Positions 48,430-57,305 of a stretch of 64,000 bases of DNA are shown here, one piece after another. The notes below the pieces were generated by a model. It was not told where the DNA came from. It worked only from the letters and a program-made list of their open reading frames with translations, and searched no databases. Position 1 is the stretch's first letter, and each line of letters begins with the position of its first letter. This stretch comes from Halocafeteria seosinensis (taxonomy: Eukaryota), in NCBI GenBank assembly GCA_001687465.1, contig LVLI01000066.1:1-64000 (forward strand), given 5' to 3'. The position numbers were made by a program, and so were the translations under genes.

Positions 48430-49068
48430 CTAATTTCCTTTATATTTTGTCCGTTTCTTCATTTCACTCTTCACGTTAACATGACTCTTCTGGCAACATT
48501 TACATTTCCAGCAATTGTGCATCTGTGCCAAATCAAAACCAATATGCGGTATATATGCGGTATGTGTTATGCTCACCAGCATATAGGTGGCAAAAGCACA
48601 AACTGTGCTTCGTGCCAACACTGTTCGACAGGACGAATGATTTCCTCGTCGTTGGGTTCCTTACACCGTCTCCGAAAACGTTTCCGATACTCGAAGTTTA
48701 CAATACCTCGGTCTTCCACTAAGATGCTGCAGTTGTCCCAACTGGCTCTCGCCAGCATTTTCCACAACATCCTTTCAGCAGAAAGAAATGACGTTGTTGT
48801 CTTGAGCATTTTCTAGCAATCCATTGGATGTTAGCCGCAAGCCAAGGTTTTCGTGTTTAAACATTGCTAATGTGAGACTACCGGGGCTCTCCGTAGAACG
48901 TTGGCAATCGGGTCGTCGGAGGCCCCTGGTGAATTCTAAAGGACTTCGGCCACCCAATTCATCGGCAGCATGGATAGACATCCCAATTCTTTGCGCTCCT
49001 ATGAGAACTGTCCAAAGCCATGAACCATTGTTCGCGCAATGTAGTGGTGTCATATTGTTATGGTTCAT
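48430..49068 (-). pseudogene. Degenerate fragment of the NACHT genes' N-terminal domain
   Basis: WTVLIG..SPLEF..FKHENLGLRLTSNGL and YRKRFRRRCKEPNDEEII match WTELIG..CPVEF..KRENYGLRLTSSAL and YRERLRRWCNNPSDEEIL of the NLR-like genes. Split across frames. Confidence 0.8.
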
Positions 49069-49204
49069 TTAAGACACAAGTGATGTTCATTTGATAGAAA
49101 TTACCTGTACGAATTAATGCGTAGTTAAATGCGGACGATACAACTTTAAAAACGTACTGTACTGACGCTCTTCTAACTGACAAGCATAAGGAACAAGTAA
49201 ACGT

Positions 49205-50347
49205 TCACCACTTCCCGGTTATAGCCCGCTCAAATCGGAAAGAATCATATGAAAATTGATCGCATCCAAGCATCTCTAATTTTCGCAATTGAGATAGCTC
49301 AGAAATATGTTGGACGGCATCATCTGTAATGGTGGACTGATTGCACCCTTGCATATCCAATTCGTGTAAGTGGGATAGCTGACCAATATATCGGAAAGCA
49401 AAATTACCAAACGTGGTTTGATTGCATCCTGAAAAATCCAACGTTTGCAACTGGTATAATTCCCCAATATATTCAAACGCATCATCTGTGATAGTGGATT
49501 GATGACACCTGGCCATCCTCAACTTTTTCAAATGGTATAGGCGACCAATATGCTGGAATGCATTGTCTGTAATTGTAGTTTGATTGCACCCTCCCATAAA
49601 CAGTGTTTGTAATTGGGATAGTTGAGCAATGTGTTCAAAAGCTTCATCTGTAATGGTGGATTGACAACACTCTTCCATACACAATTCTTGCAATTGTGAT
49701 AGTTCAGCAATATGTCGGAAAGCATCATCTGTAATACTGGACTGATTGCACTTTTCAAGGTTCAATTTCTGCAATCGGGATAATTGCCCGATATGCCGAA
49801 ACGCATCATCAGTAATGGTGGATTGAGTGCACCATCTCATATCCAATCTTTGCAGTTGGGTCAATTTACCAATATGCCGAAAAGCATCATCAGTAACGGT
49901 GGAGCGGTTGCATAAAGATATATCCAATATTTCAATCCTAACCCCCAGGTTATTGGCATTACCATTCTCTGGTATCGAGCTGGATGCATCCACGTTGTCG
50001 CTAGACTGATGGTGACGATGATGATCAGTCTCACCTTCCACTCTGGCTGCTTGGGAGATACTAGAGACTGTTGAGTATGAAGGCAGTGCTTTGAATAGAT
50101 TGTCTACAATAGTCTTCGCATTCACCTCAACCATATGGACTCTATTCTGGAGTTGTGGATGAACAATATGTTCAGTTAGCTCACAAGGAAGTGAAACGAG
50201 GTTATCCAGACGAGCTATCCACTTCGGTTGGATTCTTAGCATATGCTGCCCGTTTATGGTCGTTTTCGTAGGCATGACAAAGTTGATACATTCCGGAGAG
50301 TCCACTACACAAGCCGCATGAAGAGGTAAGAGTCCCGATAAAGAAGT
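49205..50347 (-). CDS. C-terminal ankyrin + LRR module (nine 27-aa repeats), in frame with the upstream NACHT ORF beyond a single TGA
   Basis: Reads TSLSGLLPLHAACVVDSPECINFVM (ankyrin core), then a cap, then LQxLxMxxCNQSTITDDAFxHIGxLSx repeats. The tracked ORF start at 50305 is GTG. Confidence 0.8.
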   Translation of the reverse strand, partial: TSLSGLLPLHAACVVDSPECINFVMPTKTTINGQHMLRIQPKWIARLDNLVSLPCELTEHIVHPQLQNRVHMVEVNAKTIVDNLFKALPSYSTVSSISQAARVEGETDHHRHHQSSDNVDASSSIPENGNANNLGVRIEILDISLCNRSTVTDDAFRHIGKLTQLQRLDMRWCTQSTITDDAFRHIGQLSRLQKLNLEKCNQSSITDDAFRHIAELSQLQELCMEECCQSTITDEAFEHIAQLSQLQTLFMGGCNQTTITDNAFQHIGRLYHLKKLRMARCHQSTITDDAFEYIGELYQLQTLDFSGCNQTTFGNFAFRYIGQLSHLHELDMQGCNQSTITDDAVQHISELSQLRKLEMLGCDQFSYDSFRFERAITGKW

Positions 50348-53300
50348 TCAAGAAACATCGTCTTCATCAGATGCTAGCTGCTTTAGGCAATTTACATTTC
50401 CGCTCAAGGCTGCTGCAAACACAACAGTCTCACCTTCGTCCGAGACTTCGCTCGCACTAGCTTCATAGTCTCTTAACAAAGATGCTACTAATTCGGCATG
50501 GCCATTCAAAGCCGCCAAAAACAATAAAGAATAATGTTCCTGTTGCGTGAACAATCGAAGGGGCTGCACATGCAGTTTGCCTACCAAGCTTTCAAGAACA
50601 TGCTGCGAGCCGTGCTTTGCAGCTAGGATTATGTGCTCTTCGCTCAATCCAACAAACTCGCGAGAAAAACTCTCCGAACAGCAGGACGCAATTGTTTCCA
50701 AGCAACGTGCTGCATTTGCTGTGACCGCATCATTGATAGTTAGGTTGGCCACGTAAGGCGTGGCAACGATTGCCTGCTTCAGTTCCGTCTCACTGAGTAA
50801 TGTTTTCACACAGCATCCACTGTCTTTTTCTAAACAAAACCGGAAGCAATGTAAAATAAACTCCTGCATATTCAATTCGTTCGCTTTACAAGTCATATCC
50901 TTCCATTGCTCTACATGGAGCAATTCGGCTAGACAGTTTCCACTGTCTTGCTCTAAACATTCTTGGAAACAGTAACTGACTAACCCTTCGAGAGAGTATC
51001 CCCTATGCTCACATAATAAACTCCTCCATTGAGTTGCACTCAACAATTCTAAGAGGCAGTTTCCGCTGTCTTTTCTTAAGCATAAGTGAGCGCAATAAGT
51101 GATGAACTCCTCAAGAGAACATCTCTCCTCTTCGCAGAGTAGACGTCTCCATTGAGTTATACTCAGTAATTCTACAAGGCACTTCCCGCCGTTTTTCTTT
51201 AAACATAGCTGAAAGCAGTGAGTAATGAACTCGTCTAGGGAATAACCCTGGTGTTCACACAGCAGGCATCTCCATTGAGTTGTGTTCAGCAGTTCAACGA
51301 AGCACTTCCCACGATCTTGCTCTAGGCATAGGTGGAAGCAGTAAGAAATGAGCCCTTCCTCAGATGCGTACCCTATGTTCCGACAAAGAAACGTTCTCCA
51401 TTTCTCTGTGCTCAACAAATGAGCGAATCCTTTGCCCTTATCTTCATCTATACACCACTGAAAGCAAATCTGAATGAACTCCGCTTCACTGGATTCCACC
51501 CGGTGACAAAGCCATTGTCTCCATTCGTCTACATTAAGCAATTCCTCAAGACACTTCGCCCTATCTACATCTATCGACAGCTGGAAGCAATGAAAGACGA
51601 AGTCGTCCATATTGCACCCCTCTCGTTGACACAACAGATTGGCCCATTGCTTTGTACTGAGTAAAGCCCCAAGACAATGCCCGCTATCACCCTCCAGGCA
51701 CATTTGGAAACAAAGGTTGACAAAATCCTCCCTGCTCAGCTGCCCATCCTGATAGAGCGGTTCTGTACATGGCGTCTGAGAAAGTAAATATTCGAAAATT
51801 GCACCTCGATCAAATCGAATGGATTCCTGGATTAACTCTGCATCTAAGTCCTCTTCGCTGCAAAGGCGTTTCACGCACTTTAGCTGGCCCGTTCGCACTG
51901 CTGCTCTCAGAGGCCCGAGAGTCAGGCATTTATCATCCCGGAGGGGCACCTTCGTTTGCTCCAGAGCGTCCACGCAGTCCATGTGCCCTAAACTGATGGC
52001 TAAAACATAAGGTGTGAGTTCCGTCTCTTCCTCAACGGACAGCTCCTGGTCCAGCCAGCATCCTATCTCGTATTCTTGTGCCGGACAGACTTCCTCGAAG
52101 ACTAACTTTATACATTGATAAGGTAGCACCTCATCGATAGCTGCATTGCACGTATACAATGGTAGTATTGTGTTTGGCCTGTTCAATGCAACAGCAGCCC
52201 ATACAGGGGAGTAACAGGTTTTTTCACCCTTCCTTGAAAACTGCAAGCTAACATCTTTTCCGCTATCGTTGAGCATATACAGGTGGTCCAAATTTTCGTC
52301 CTGCAGCGCTTGCAATAATTCTTCAAAGCAATTCAAATCGCATTTAGCGAAATTTACGCTCTCTCTTGGATCCAATGACACCCCCAGAAGCTGTGCTGTT
52401 GCTTCTCCAATATCGCCGTCACACCAAATCAAGAGGGACGACAGGGAGTAGCTGCAATTGTGTTGCCCGGCAACTTCCATGGATTGTCGCTTGATATGTG
52501 CACATGTTTCTGACGGTTTATCGAAAGCCAGTAACAACTGCAGACACGATGCACAACCATCTCGCGATGCAATGTATATAGCTGACCAGGCAAGGTCACG
52601 CATCAAATGAAAATTAGTTTCTAGGGTATTCAAAAGAGTTCGACAACAGTCAAAGCGTTTTCCTGTGACAGCTCCAGTAAGCGCAATTTGGTGCAGCGAC
52701 ACTTGGTTCACGGACCGTTCGGATTCATCTTTGCTCGTCTCTAAAATCCAGCGAATAAGACGGTAGCTACCGACTTCTCCCGCCGAGAAAAGCAGACGCT
52801 TAACTTCGGGTGTACTAGACGCGATTGCACTCAACGATAACTGTTTCAAACGGCTAGGCTCTACTTCCAATAGGACTTGAACAAACCTGATACGCCCATT
52901 CAGCTCCGTAACAAGTGAGCTGTATAAACAGATCAGAAGACGTGTGGTCTCCTCTACCGATTGCTCTTCACTGAAGGCGCTAACGAAGAACTCCAGAAAT
53001 CTGTCTCCAAAGCGTAAGCCCTCATTGATCACGTCTTCTATCTGGGAAGTACCAATAGTGTTAAATCGTCGACGAGCAAGGAAGTACTCCCAGTACGACC
53101 GGTGAATAAACTCGTAAGTTTGTTTCTCATCTCCTGTGGGAGAGACTACTTGCATTAATCCGACACCCTCGAAAAACTCACTCGCTTCGCGTATTGCTTT
53201 CAACGGTCCTCGAAAGTCTTTGCGATGATTCTCAAATGCTTGTCGTAACACCTTCAGCGGAACCTGTTTATCCGAACAGACGTCATCTCTCTCTAGGTGA

Positions 53301-56300
53301 GAAGCTACCTCCTCCAGGATCGTCAAAGCAACCTCATGGGGATCATTATCTGCACGGACTGTGTGTGACCTCCACCATTTCTCCAATAGATGGTCCACTG
53401 TTCGACTATAGATCGGAGTCACACGGACGTCTTCTGCCGTGGATTCAAAGAAGCTACCTCCGCTCTTCACATACGCAAAACAAATTCCTTCAAGAAGAGT
53501 TGGATTAGCGCTTAAAGCATTCAGTCGATCATTGAGTCGGAAAGACAATTGTAGAGTCCGACAGAGCCTCGAATAATCACTTCTATCAGAATAACATTCC
53601 AAAGCGTAGTGCTCAATGAAACTCTTGCGAGCCTCAGAAGTAAGCCCCTCCACCTCTACAAAATAGCCGATATACTTATTGACCAACGGAATCCCATTGC
53701 GATGACTTGCTGTATGACTTGAGAATCGCGATGATACGAAAACGAAGGCTTCCATCTGTCGAAGTACTGAGAAAATTCTCCCACCGGCAGCTCCAGGTTC
53801 GAATGGATTATTTCGTACTTCATCACATCCATCTAGGAGAAAAAGAACACTGGGTCGTTTGTCGCGCAAGTGTTGCACAATTCTTATGGCTTCATCCGTG
53901 GTGATATTTCGTGCGGCAACATTGTCATCGAAGGTTTCCTTAAGATTCACGAAGCTCTTGGAGAGGAGCATCCCCAAACAAGTCTCTCCGTCAGCGTCTG
54001 GGTAATGTTTTTCCACATGTACCAGATGATACAGTTGAAGATATATTACCCAACTGAAACTATCTTTCAACACGCGACCTATTTCGTTTTCCTCCGAATT
54101 CCCAAGAGACCACGACTGGGCAAAATGCTTGAAGAGTGTGGTTTTCCCAACGCCTGCTTGCCCTTCGAAGAGGATCCACTTCCTCCTGGAATTTGAGAGC
54201 GCAAATAAATCTCTCGCTTCCACCTCGCGCTTTCTTCCCGACGCTCCAGAGTGTTTGTCCCGCAGTGTCAATTTCTGATAGCACCTATTCAATTTTGGTC
54301 GCTTGGTTAGGTCCACAGCTTCATCTTCACGGTGTCGGAAAAGTCGATGGAGTCTCCAACTTCGATAAAGCATATACAAATTATCTCGCTTATACAATGG
54401 GGGCAATTTGTTCCAGTTAAATTTCACTGTCGAAGTTGTTCGCGAAAACGTAAGTAAACGATCGTGTATAATTCCCGCATGAACTCGTCTACTACACTCA
54501 ATTTGAAACTTGAACGGGACAGAAACGGTGTCGTCGGCGCTAGAGTAGAGAGAGGTTTCCGTGGGACGCAGACTGTGCTGTTCTGGGCGTCGAAGTAACT
54601 GTCCCATGGAAACTCGGTGGGCAGCGGTAGAACAGAATTTCACCGGACTGTCATCACACAATACAACAAAAATATCTAACATTGGGACAACATCCCTCCA
54701 AAATTGTTGTTCGTCTACCGACCATATTGGATTCCTGAAGAAATTGCTTTCTACAGATTCTATGACGGGGAAACTCAGCTTTCCCTCAGGAGCGAGAACT
54801 TCGCGAAGAATTTCTTCATCACTGGGATTGTTACACCACCGACGTAAGCGCTCGCGATATTCCGCCTGCTGGAAGACACGCTGGTCCTTCGAAGGAGCGG
54901 ACAGTTGGCAGTACTGCAAATTGTCGCTCAATTGTTTCATGTAGAATCGGTTTCGCAATCCAATAACAGCCTTCAAATAGAACTCAACAGTTCCACCCTC
55001 AAGACCATAGCCTTCCACTAACGCACTCGAAGTGAGCCGGAGACCGTAGTTTTCCCTTTTAAGTGTCTCTAAGTTGAGATGTCGTCGGCCGCGCAGGGCT
55101 CGCCGGCGATCAGGCTCCCCGTTTCGCTGGGCGGTAAATTCGACTGGGCAATCGTTTTCCGATTGACAGGCATGCAGAGAAATTTGAATACTCTCCTCGC
55201 CTATTAGTTCGGTCCACGGATTTACTAGTATATTTCCTGTAGAATACCATGGATTATTCGCAGGCTCATTTACTATATCACTCCAGTGCATGTCTACGGA
55301 AATAAAATCCGGGTCAATCTGAGCTTCAGCATAGTTCAGAGACAAAGACAAGGGAGGGTCTCTCAGTCTAACAGTATTTGCCGTATAAAATGGTGACGAG
55401 GCTATCTTCTTGCACCACTTGCGGAAAGTATCACGCTTTAAATTTAGGGATGCACTTGGCTCCAGCTCTTTCGGCGATATCACTTTACCCAAGCAAAACA
55501 CGCTTCGGCACCAGCCCTTCCTCTTAATCACAAACTGCTGCCGATCTTGCAGCCTTGTTTCGTGACCCACTTCATGTATTTCTGGTGGATCACCGCGGCC
55601 ATTCTCCAATGCCGAAGCGAACCAAAGTGCAAAGCGGCTTAGGTCAGCCGTTATACCCTCCTCTCTTAACCAAAGGCAAAGATGGCGGGCTTTATGCCCC
55701 CATTTACGAAAATAAGAAAAGACAGACACGTAAGAACATTCTTGTTCGGACCAGATAACTAGAAGTTGAGAATTGGCTTCAATATACTGACGCAGCAATT
55801 CTGGACGGTAATCACTGGGAGAGTGCAAAGAATTCGGGTCCGAATGAGCATACGCAGTGGAATCTAAGTCCAGTTTTCTCGCTACGCGATACGAGAAAGG
55901 GTCCTCTTTGCGAAACTGATAGGTTACACAGGTTTTCCATAACCAGCGTCCAAGAATTCCTAAGAAGCCGCTTCCTCCTATCATACCCAACACCCAGTTC
56001 GCCCAATTCGGCAAGGATGATGTTTCAATCAGATGCCTTCTATGCACTGAAGCAAATCCCTCTGGCACAGCCTTCTCCATAGGATGAGAAACAGAATGGC
56101 GTAGAAATTGCGACTGTGTCCTCCAGGAACCCGAGGACTGCTCTTCCAGTTGAGGGATATCCGGTGGTGTCGTATCCTCCGTCCCACCGGCCGCAACGGA
56201 TATGACCACCGCAACAAGCACGATAATAATTAATATCAACTCAGGTACTAATGCTTCGCTTCTCATCCTCTCTGCCGGCTTTGTTGTTATATATGCTGAC

Positions 56301-56326
56301 CGTGGGAAAACGATGGTTGTCCTCAT
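50348..56326 (-). CDS. NLR-like STAND NTPase 1: signal peptide, TM helix, unknown domain, NACHT, ankyrin-like and 41-aa repeats
   Basis: Walker A GQAGVGKT (~54163-54140), Walker B LFLLDGCDE, sensor FVSSR, EVEGL, NPTLL, WHD YEFIHRSYWEYFLA, ankyrin cores (TPYVLAISLGHMDCV, LFLAALNGHAELV). First ATG 56326, alternative 56266. Intronless. Confidence 0.88.
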   Translation of the reverse strand: MRTTIVFPRSAYITTKPAERMRSEALVPELILIIIVLVAVVISVAAGGTEDTTPPDIPQLEEQSSGSWRTQSQFLRHSVSHPMEKAVPEGFASVHRRHLIETSSLPNWANWVLGMIGGSGFLGILGRWLWKTCVTYQFRKEDPFSYRVARKLDLDSTAYAHSDPNSLHSPSDYRPELLRQYIEANSQLLVIWSEQECSYVSVFSYFRKWGHKARHLCLWLREEGITADLSRFALWFASALENGRGDPPEIHEVGHETRLQDRQQFVIKRKGWCRSVFCLGKVISPKELEPSASLNLKRDTFRKWCKKIASSPFYTANTVRLRDPPLSLSLNYAEAQIDPDFISVDMHWSDIVNEPANNPWYSTGNILVNPWTELIGEESIQISLHACQSENDCPVEFTAQRNGEPDRRRALRGRRHLNLETLKRENYGLRLTSSALVEGYGLEGGTVEFYLKAVIGLRNRFYMKQLSDNLQYCQLSAPSKDQRVFQQAEYRERLRRWCNNPSDEEILREVLAPEGKLSFPVIESVESNFFRNPIWSVDEQQFWRDVVPMLDIFVVLCDDSPVKFCSTAAHRVSMGQLLRRPEQHSLRPTETSLYSSADDTVSVPFKFQIECSRRVHAGIIHDRLLTFSRTTSTVKFNWNKLPPLYKRDNLYMLYRSWRLHRLFRHREDEAVDLTKRPKLNRCYQKLTLRDKHSGASGRKREVEARDLFALSNSRRKWILFEGQAGVGKTTLFKHFAQSWSLGNSEENEIGRVLKDSFSWVIYLQLYHLVHVEKHYPDADGETCLGMLLSKSFVNLKETFDDNVAARNITTDEAIRIVQHLRDKRPSVLFLLDGCDEVRNNPFEPGAAGGRIFSVLRQMEAFVFVSSRFSSHTASHRNGIPLVNKYIGYFVEVEGLTSEARKSFIEHYALECYSDRSDYSRLCRTLQLSFRLNDRLNALSANPTLLEGICFAYVKSGGSFFESTAEDVRVTPIYSRTVDHLLEKWWRSHTVRADNDPHEVALTILEEVASHLERDDVCSDKQVPLKVLRQAFENHRKDFRGPLKAIREASEFFEGVGLMQVVSPTGDEKQTYEFIHRSYWEYFLARRRFNTIGTSQIEDVINEGLRFGDRFLEFFVSAFSEEQSVEETTRLLICLYSSLVTELNGRIRFVQVLLEVEPSRLKQLSLSAIASSTPEVKRLLFSAGEVGSYRLIRWILETSKDESERSVNQVSLHQIALTGAVTGKRFDCCRTLLNTLETNFHLMRDLAWSAIYIASRDGCASCLQLLLAFDKPSETCAHIKRQSMEVAGQHNCSYSLSSLLIWCDGDIGEATAQLLGVSLDPRESVNFAKCDLNCFEELLQALQDENLDHLYMLNDSGKDVSLQFSRKGEKTCYSPVWAAVALNRPNTILPLYTCNAAIDEVLPYQCIKLVFEEVCPAQEYEIGCWLDQELSVEEETELTPYVLAISLGHMDCVDALEQTKVPLRDDKCLTLGPLRAAVRTGQLKCVKRLCSEEDLDAELIQESIRFDRGAIFEYLLSQTPCTEPLYQDGQLSREDFVNLCFQMCLEGDSGHCLGALLSTKQWANLLCQREGCNMDDFVFHCFQLSIDVDRAKCLEELLNVDEWRQWLCHRVESSEAEFIQICFQWCIDEDKGKGFAHLLSTEKWRTFLCRNIGYASEEGLISYCFHLCLEQDRGKCFVELLNTTQWRCLLCEHQGYSLDEFITHCFQLCLKKNGGKCLVELLSITQWRRLLCEEERCSLEEFITYCAHLCLRKDSGNCLLELLSATQWRSLLCEHRGYSLEGLVSYCFQECLEQDSGNCLAELLHVEQWKDMTCKANELNMQEFILHCFRFCLEKDSGCCVKTLLSETELKQAIVATPYVANLTINDAVTANAARCLETIASCCSESFSREFVGLSEEHIILAAKHGSQHVLESLVGKLHVQPLRLFTQQEHYSLLFLAALNGHAELVASLLRDYEASASEVSDEGETVVFAAALSGNVNCLKQLASDEDDVS
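50792..51709 (-). repeat. About 7.5 tandem 41-aa (123-bp) Cys/Trp-rich repeats inside NLR 1
   Basis: Consensus FQxCLxxDxGxCLxELLxxxQWRxLLCxxxGYSLEEFIxxC; period 123 nt (51337 vs 51214). Confidence 0.9.
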
Positions 56327-57305
56327 GATGCTCTCCCGCACGTCCGGTGAACTGGCTTGCTTGGCGATCGCGTAGGAAGCGCAAGAGATGAACGTAGGAT
56401 TTGCTTATTCTCTCCTTCGAAATGATGATGTTTCTCCTTTCTTTGGTGTCTTCGAGACACAAAGATACTTTCTCGGCTTTCTGTCTGGAAGGACACGGTC
56501 GGCTCGGCTTCGTTCACGAAGAGAGAAATATATTACCGTATAGACTGCAGTCAACAAAGAAGCAAGAACATGACGATGATCCCGATACGAGACTTTTGCT
56601 GTAATGGATGGACCAACTAGTTCTAATACATGCAGACAGACAAGCCCGCTCCCTGTGAATCACTGCGAGTCTGCGACGCGCACTGCAGTCTGCGGAATCC
56701 CAGCAGCGCCGCGACGCGGCGACGCCCCACCGCGTCTATGGGTACGTCTACATTGCGCCTCGAGGCGAAGTGCTGTAAATATGAGCCCCGTCCGGTTTTC
56801 TGTACGGACTCGCTTTGACAAATAGCGCTGCGGTTTCTCAGGAATTCCGAGTAGAAACCATTCGCACGACTGAATAGGAGAGAGCTACCGCTGGATACTT
56901 TCCTTGATCGACCCAGTTGTAGAGAAACCTCCGTACAACTGCCAACGTATCTCTTACAGTCGCTTTGAGTCAACGATGGTCGGTAACTGTTAGCATCCTA
57001 CCTACATCTGGATAGAAGGCGAATGATTGCGTTGTGGTGGCTGCTCCGATGTGGTACAGCACCCTCCACTGATATGGCGGTAACCCCCAGGCTGCGGGGC
57101 CTTGGCAACGCATAACAGTAGTCAGCGTGGTAAATACAGTGAGTCTGGTATGCATCTGGAATGCTCCATTGTTCAGAAAGACTTCGATTGTATTTGTCTC
57201 TGAAGGAATGCCGATTTCTGGGCAATCTTCACAGTGGTGCAATGCGCTTGTTGCTCTTCTATATTTCGGGCAACCCCTTAAGTACAGTTTAGAGGTCGGA
57301 ACACC

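Noticed and set aside
50348..50350. Genome-wide reassignment of TGA (or TAG) to an amino acid
   Set aside because: The 13.3-kb dynein exon and other long exons are open in the standard code, and conserved genes end at TAG/TAA at expected C-termini. Only site-specific readthrough or mutation remains possible.
56620..57242. Short minus-strand ORFs upstream of NLR 1 as extra 5' exons
   Set aside because: No consistent splice path or homology to the region upstream of NLR 2; NLR 1 already begins with a leader peptide.
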